Shown piece by piece: positions 61,701 to 64,000 of a stretch of DNA of 64,000 bases; the stretch's first letter is position 1; each line of letters opens with the position of its first letter. The DNA is from Mobula hypostoma (taxonomy: Eukaryota). The stretch is from positions 112,532,001-112,596,000 of the forward strand of contig NC_086107.1 in NCBI RefSeq assembly GCF_963921235.1, given 5' to 3'. The position numbers and the translations under genes are program-made. The notes under the pieces were generated by a model. The model saw only the letters and a program-made list of their open reading frames with translations. It had not been told where the DNA came from and did not search any database.

Positions 61701-63699
61701 CTCCAGTTTGAAATCCGACCCACCATGATGAAAAACTCTGGGATTTAAGGACTGAATTTTGAAGATAATTTGCTCCCTAAAGTTTAGATAGCTCATGAAA
61801 GGAACAAAACTCAATACTGTTAGCTAAATAGCAATATCTATTGTTAGTTATTTGGAGATACAGTGTGGAACAGGCCCTTCTGGCTCCTCGAGACACACCA
61901 CCCAGCAACCCACCTACTTAACCCGAGCCTAATCACAGGATAATCTATAAAAACCAATTAACCTACTAACCGGTACATCTTTGGACTATGGGAGGAAACC
62001 AGAGCGCCCAGAGAACACCCACAGATCACACTGCTTTATTTCCATCTTTAACATCTTTATTTTTCCCTTTCAGGGTTCTTTTGAAGACCTCGACCTGGAG
62101 TACACGCTGACTACGGTTCTTCGCGGGAATGGGACCCGCTCTCGAGGTTTCATGACTGGCCGTTGTTCGGCACGCCAAGGGCTCAGCCTACGTATTCGGC
62201 TCGGCTTTGGAAGCCTAGGATCTCGGGGCTCTGGAGACGGTCGGATCGAGGGTTGGTGTCATGACAGGAGACCCATGTGTCATTGGGGGAGTTGGAATAT
62301 CTGCGGCTGTGTTCCCAGAGACTGGTGATCTTTGGGCACAGAGCTCAAAAAAAATGACACAGCGAACTTTTAACATTGTAAACCAGCGAGTTGTTTGTTA
62401 TGTCTCCCCCCCTCGCTGTGAAGATGGAGACATCTCTTTCTTCCTTATTAGGGAGAGAGAGAGAGAGCCTCTGGTATGTCAAATACCAGGTGAACAAGTA
62501 GTCTTTGGAGCACAGCAAGTCTGTGTTTTTGCTGTTGTTTTGCTCACGCTTGACTGCTCAGTGGTGGGTGCCAGTGGGGGAGAGGGGTGATTGTTGCTTA
62601 CTGCCGCTTACACGTGGGAGGGAGGGGAGTTGGGGGCGGGGACTTTGGGGTTCTAACGTTTAACTGTTGTCCATTCTTTGGGGGTACTCCTCTGTTTTTG
62701 TGGATGGCTGTGAAGAAAAAGCATTTCAGGATGTATATGGTATACATTTCTCTGATATTAAATGAAACCCTTGAATACTAATCACTGGTATTGAAGGGGT
62801 TAAGAACTGAAGCTGGAGTGTAAAGGTAGATATTAAATAAAGGTGGGGAGTGCAAGAGAGGGCAGCTTAGGATCTTCTGATCTAATTGAAAAGTAGAACA
62901 TGAGGTCCTGCTGTTCCTACATTCTTGGTGGTAGCCCACGGATGTTTTGACAACTTGGCACTGCCCCTGGAGATTAATAAAGCTTATTCCTTATCAGAAG
63001 GCATGAGGAGCCATGCAATAAATAGCACAGATACTCTTTGTTCCCAGAAGAACAATGCTTCATCTGTCAGAAGCAGCCGGGAATCAACGGGACGGTGTGA
63101 CCTCTGGGGATGTGGCCTGAACTCCGAGCGATCAGATAGCAGGAGACGGTAGACCGTTTATTAGAGCACCTGGTGCCCCAGAACTTGTCTCCGGGAAGGT
63201 GGCTCGTAGATTTGTGCCGAGGGAGAAGCCGAACTGCCGGGGGGGGGACAGACCTGTAGTCTGAGCAATGTTTAATTCTGGAACGACATGCGGGGACCGT
63301 CATGTATTACAGCTCCACCCACCCCAGAACCACCAAGCGCAGACTCTAACCTCACGTTCAACAGCTTTCGTTCATAACTCCGGTTTAGGATTTCCTGGTC
63401 AGCCACCTCACTGTTGTTTATTTTAACTGCTCTGTTTCCACTCCGGCATCCTCTTGCATATCGACTCCTCTCCATCCACTCGCCATCAGCAACTCTACAG
63501 TCAGCACCATTTCAACATTCGGGTTTCTGGCTCTCATTATTTCACAGGGCTTCATGTGAGAGAACCGTATCTCCCTCGTTGACAAAACAGCTTGGCAGAA
63601 GATGGCAAAACTCCACCTTCGCCAGAACCTACTGGTACAATTCTACACCGTCATCAGACATCAGAGAGAGCAACCTCACGTCAGTCGCATCCGACGCAA

Positions 63700-63922
63700 G
63701 GGGGACTCCCCGTTGGCCAAACATTTTAATTCATACTCTGAGGTGTCGATCCACGGCCTCCTTGTGTGCCGCGATGAGACCACCCTCAGGGCAGAGGAGC
63801 AAAGTCTGAGCACCCTCCAACCCAATGGCATGGATATCGATTTCTCCATCCAGTAAACAAATTTCCTTCCCCCTTCCCCTATTCCCTATTCTGTCCTTTT
63901 ACCTTTTCTCACCTGCCTATTA
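63700..63922 (+). mobile_element. Penelope 3' fragment
   Basis: PLAKHFNS...HGLLVCRDETTLRAEEQ...LQPNGMDIDFS. Confidence 0.75.
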
Positions 63923-64000
63923 CTGGTTTGACTAATCTTCTGGAATTTTTTGAGGATGTAACTATGAAAATGGACAAGGGAGAGCCAGTGGATGTAGTGT
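63923..64000 (+). mobile_element. CR1 RT fragment running off the window end
   Basis: LTNLLEFFEDVTMKMDKGEPVDVV. Confidence 0.8.

Overview
This is eukaryotic (vertebrate) DNA, not prokaryotic. The repeat content (V-SINE/HE1-like SINEs, CR1, Rex1/Babar, Penelope, Tc1 derivatives) suggests a cartilaginous fish, probably a ray; that assignment is an inference. The only host coding sequence I can support is one 934-bp minus-strand exon (13853..12920, canonical AG/GT, phase 0 start, phase 1 end). It encodes S1-S6, the pore and the proximal C-terminus of a Shaw-type Kv3 potassium channel, and diagnostic residues favour KCNC3 over KCNC1. I found neither the T1-domain exon nor the next downstream exon, so the rest is probably intron, densely filled with nested transposable elements. 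Points worth a second look: (1) Penelope termini with intact minimal hammerhead ribozyme cores, one on the KCNC pre-mRNA sense strand; (2) fold-back Penelope insertions, including a 1.34-kb one with a 13-bp TSD and a captured copy of flanking target DNA; (3) a composite duplicated block bracketing the pore exon; (4) a 43/44-bp hairpin minisatellite with a 130-bp higher-order repeat and one compensatory base-pair change; (5) CpG-rich non-coding retroposons with Rex1-type tails; (6) a HERO-like RLE retrotransposon remnant missed by the ORF track. There is no CRISPR array or prokaryotic system. TE family names come from motif recognition, not database searches, and many boundaries are approximate.
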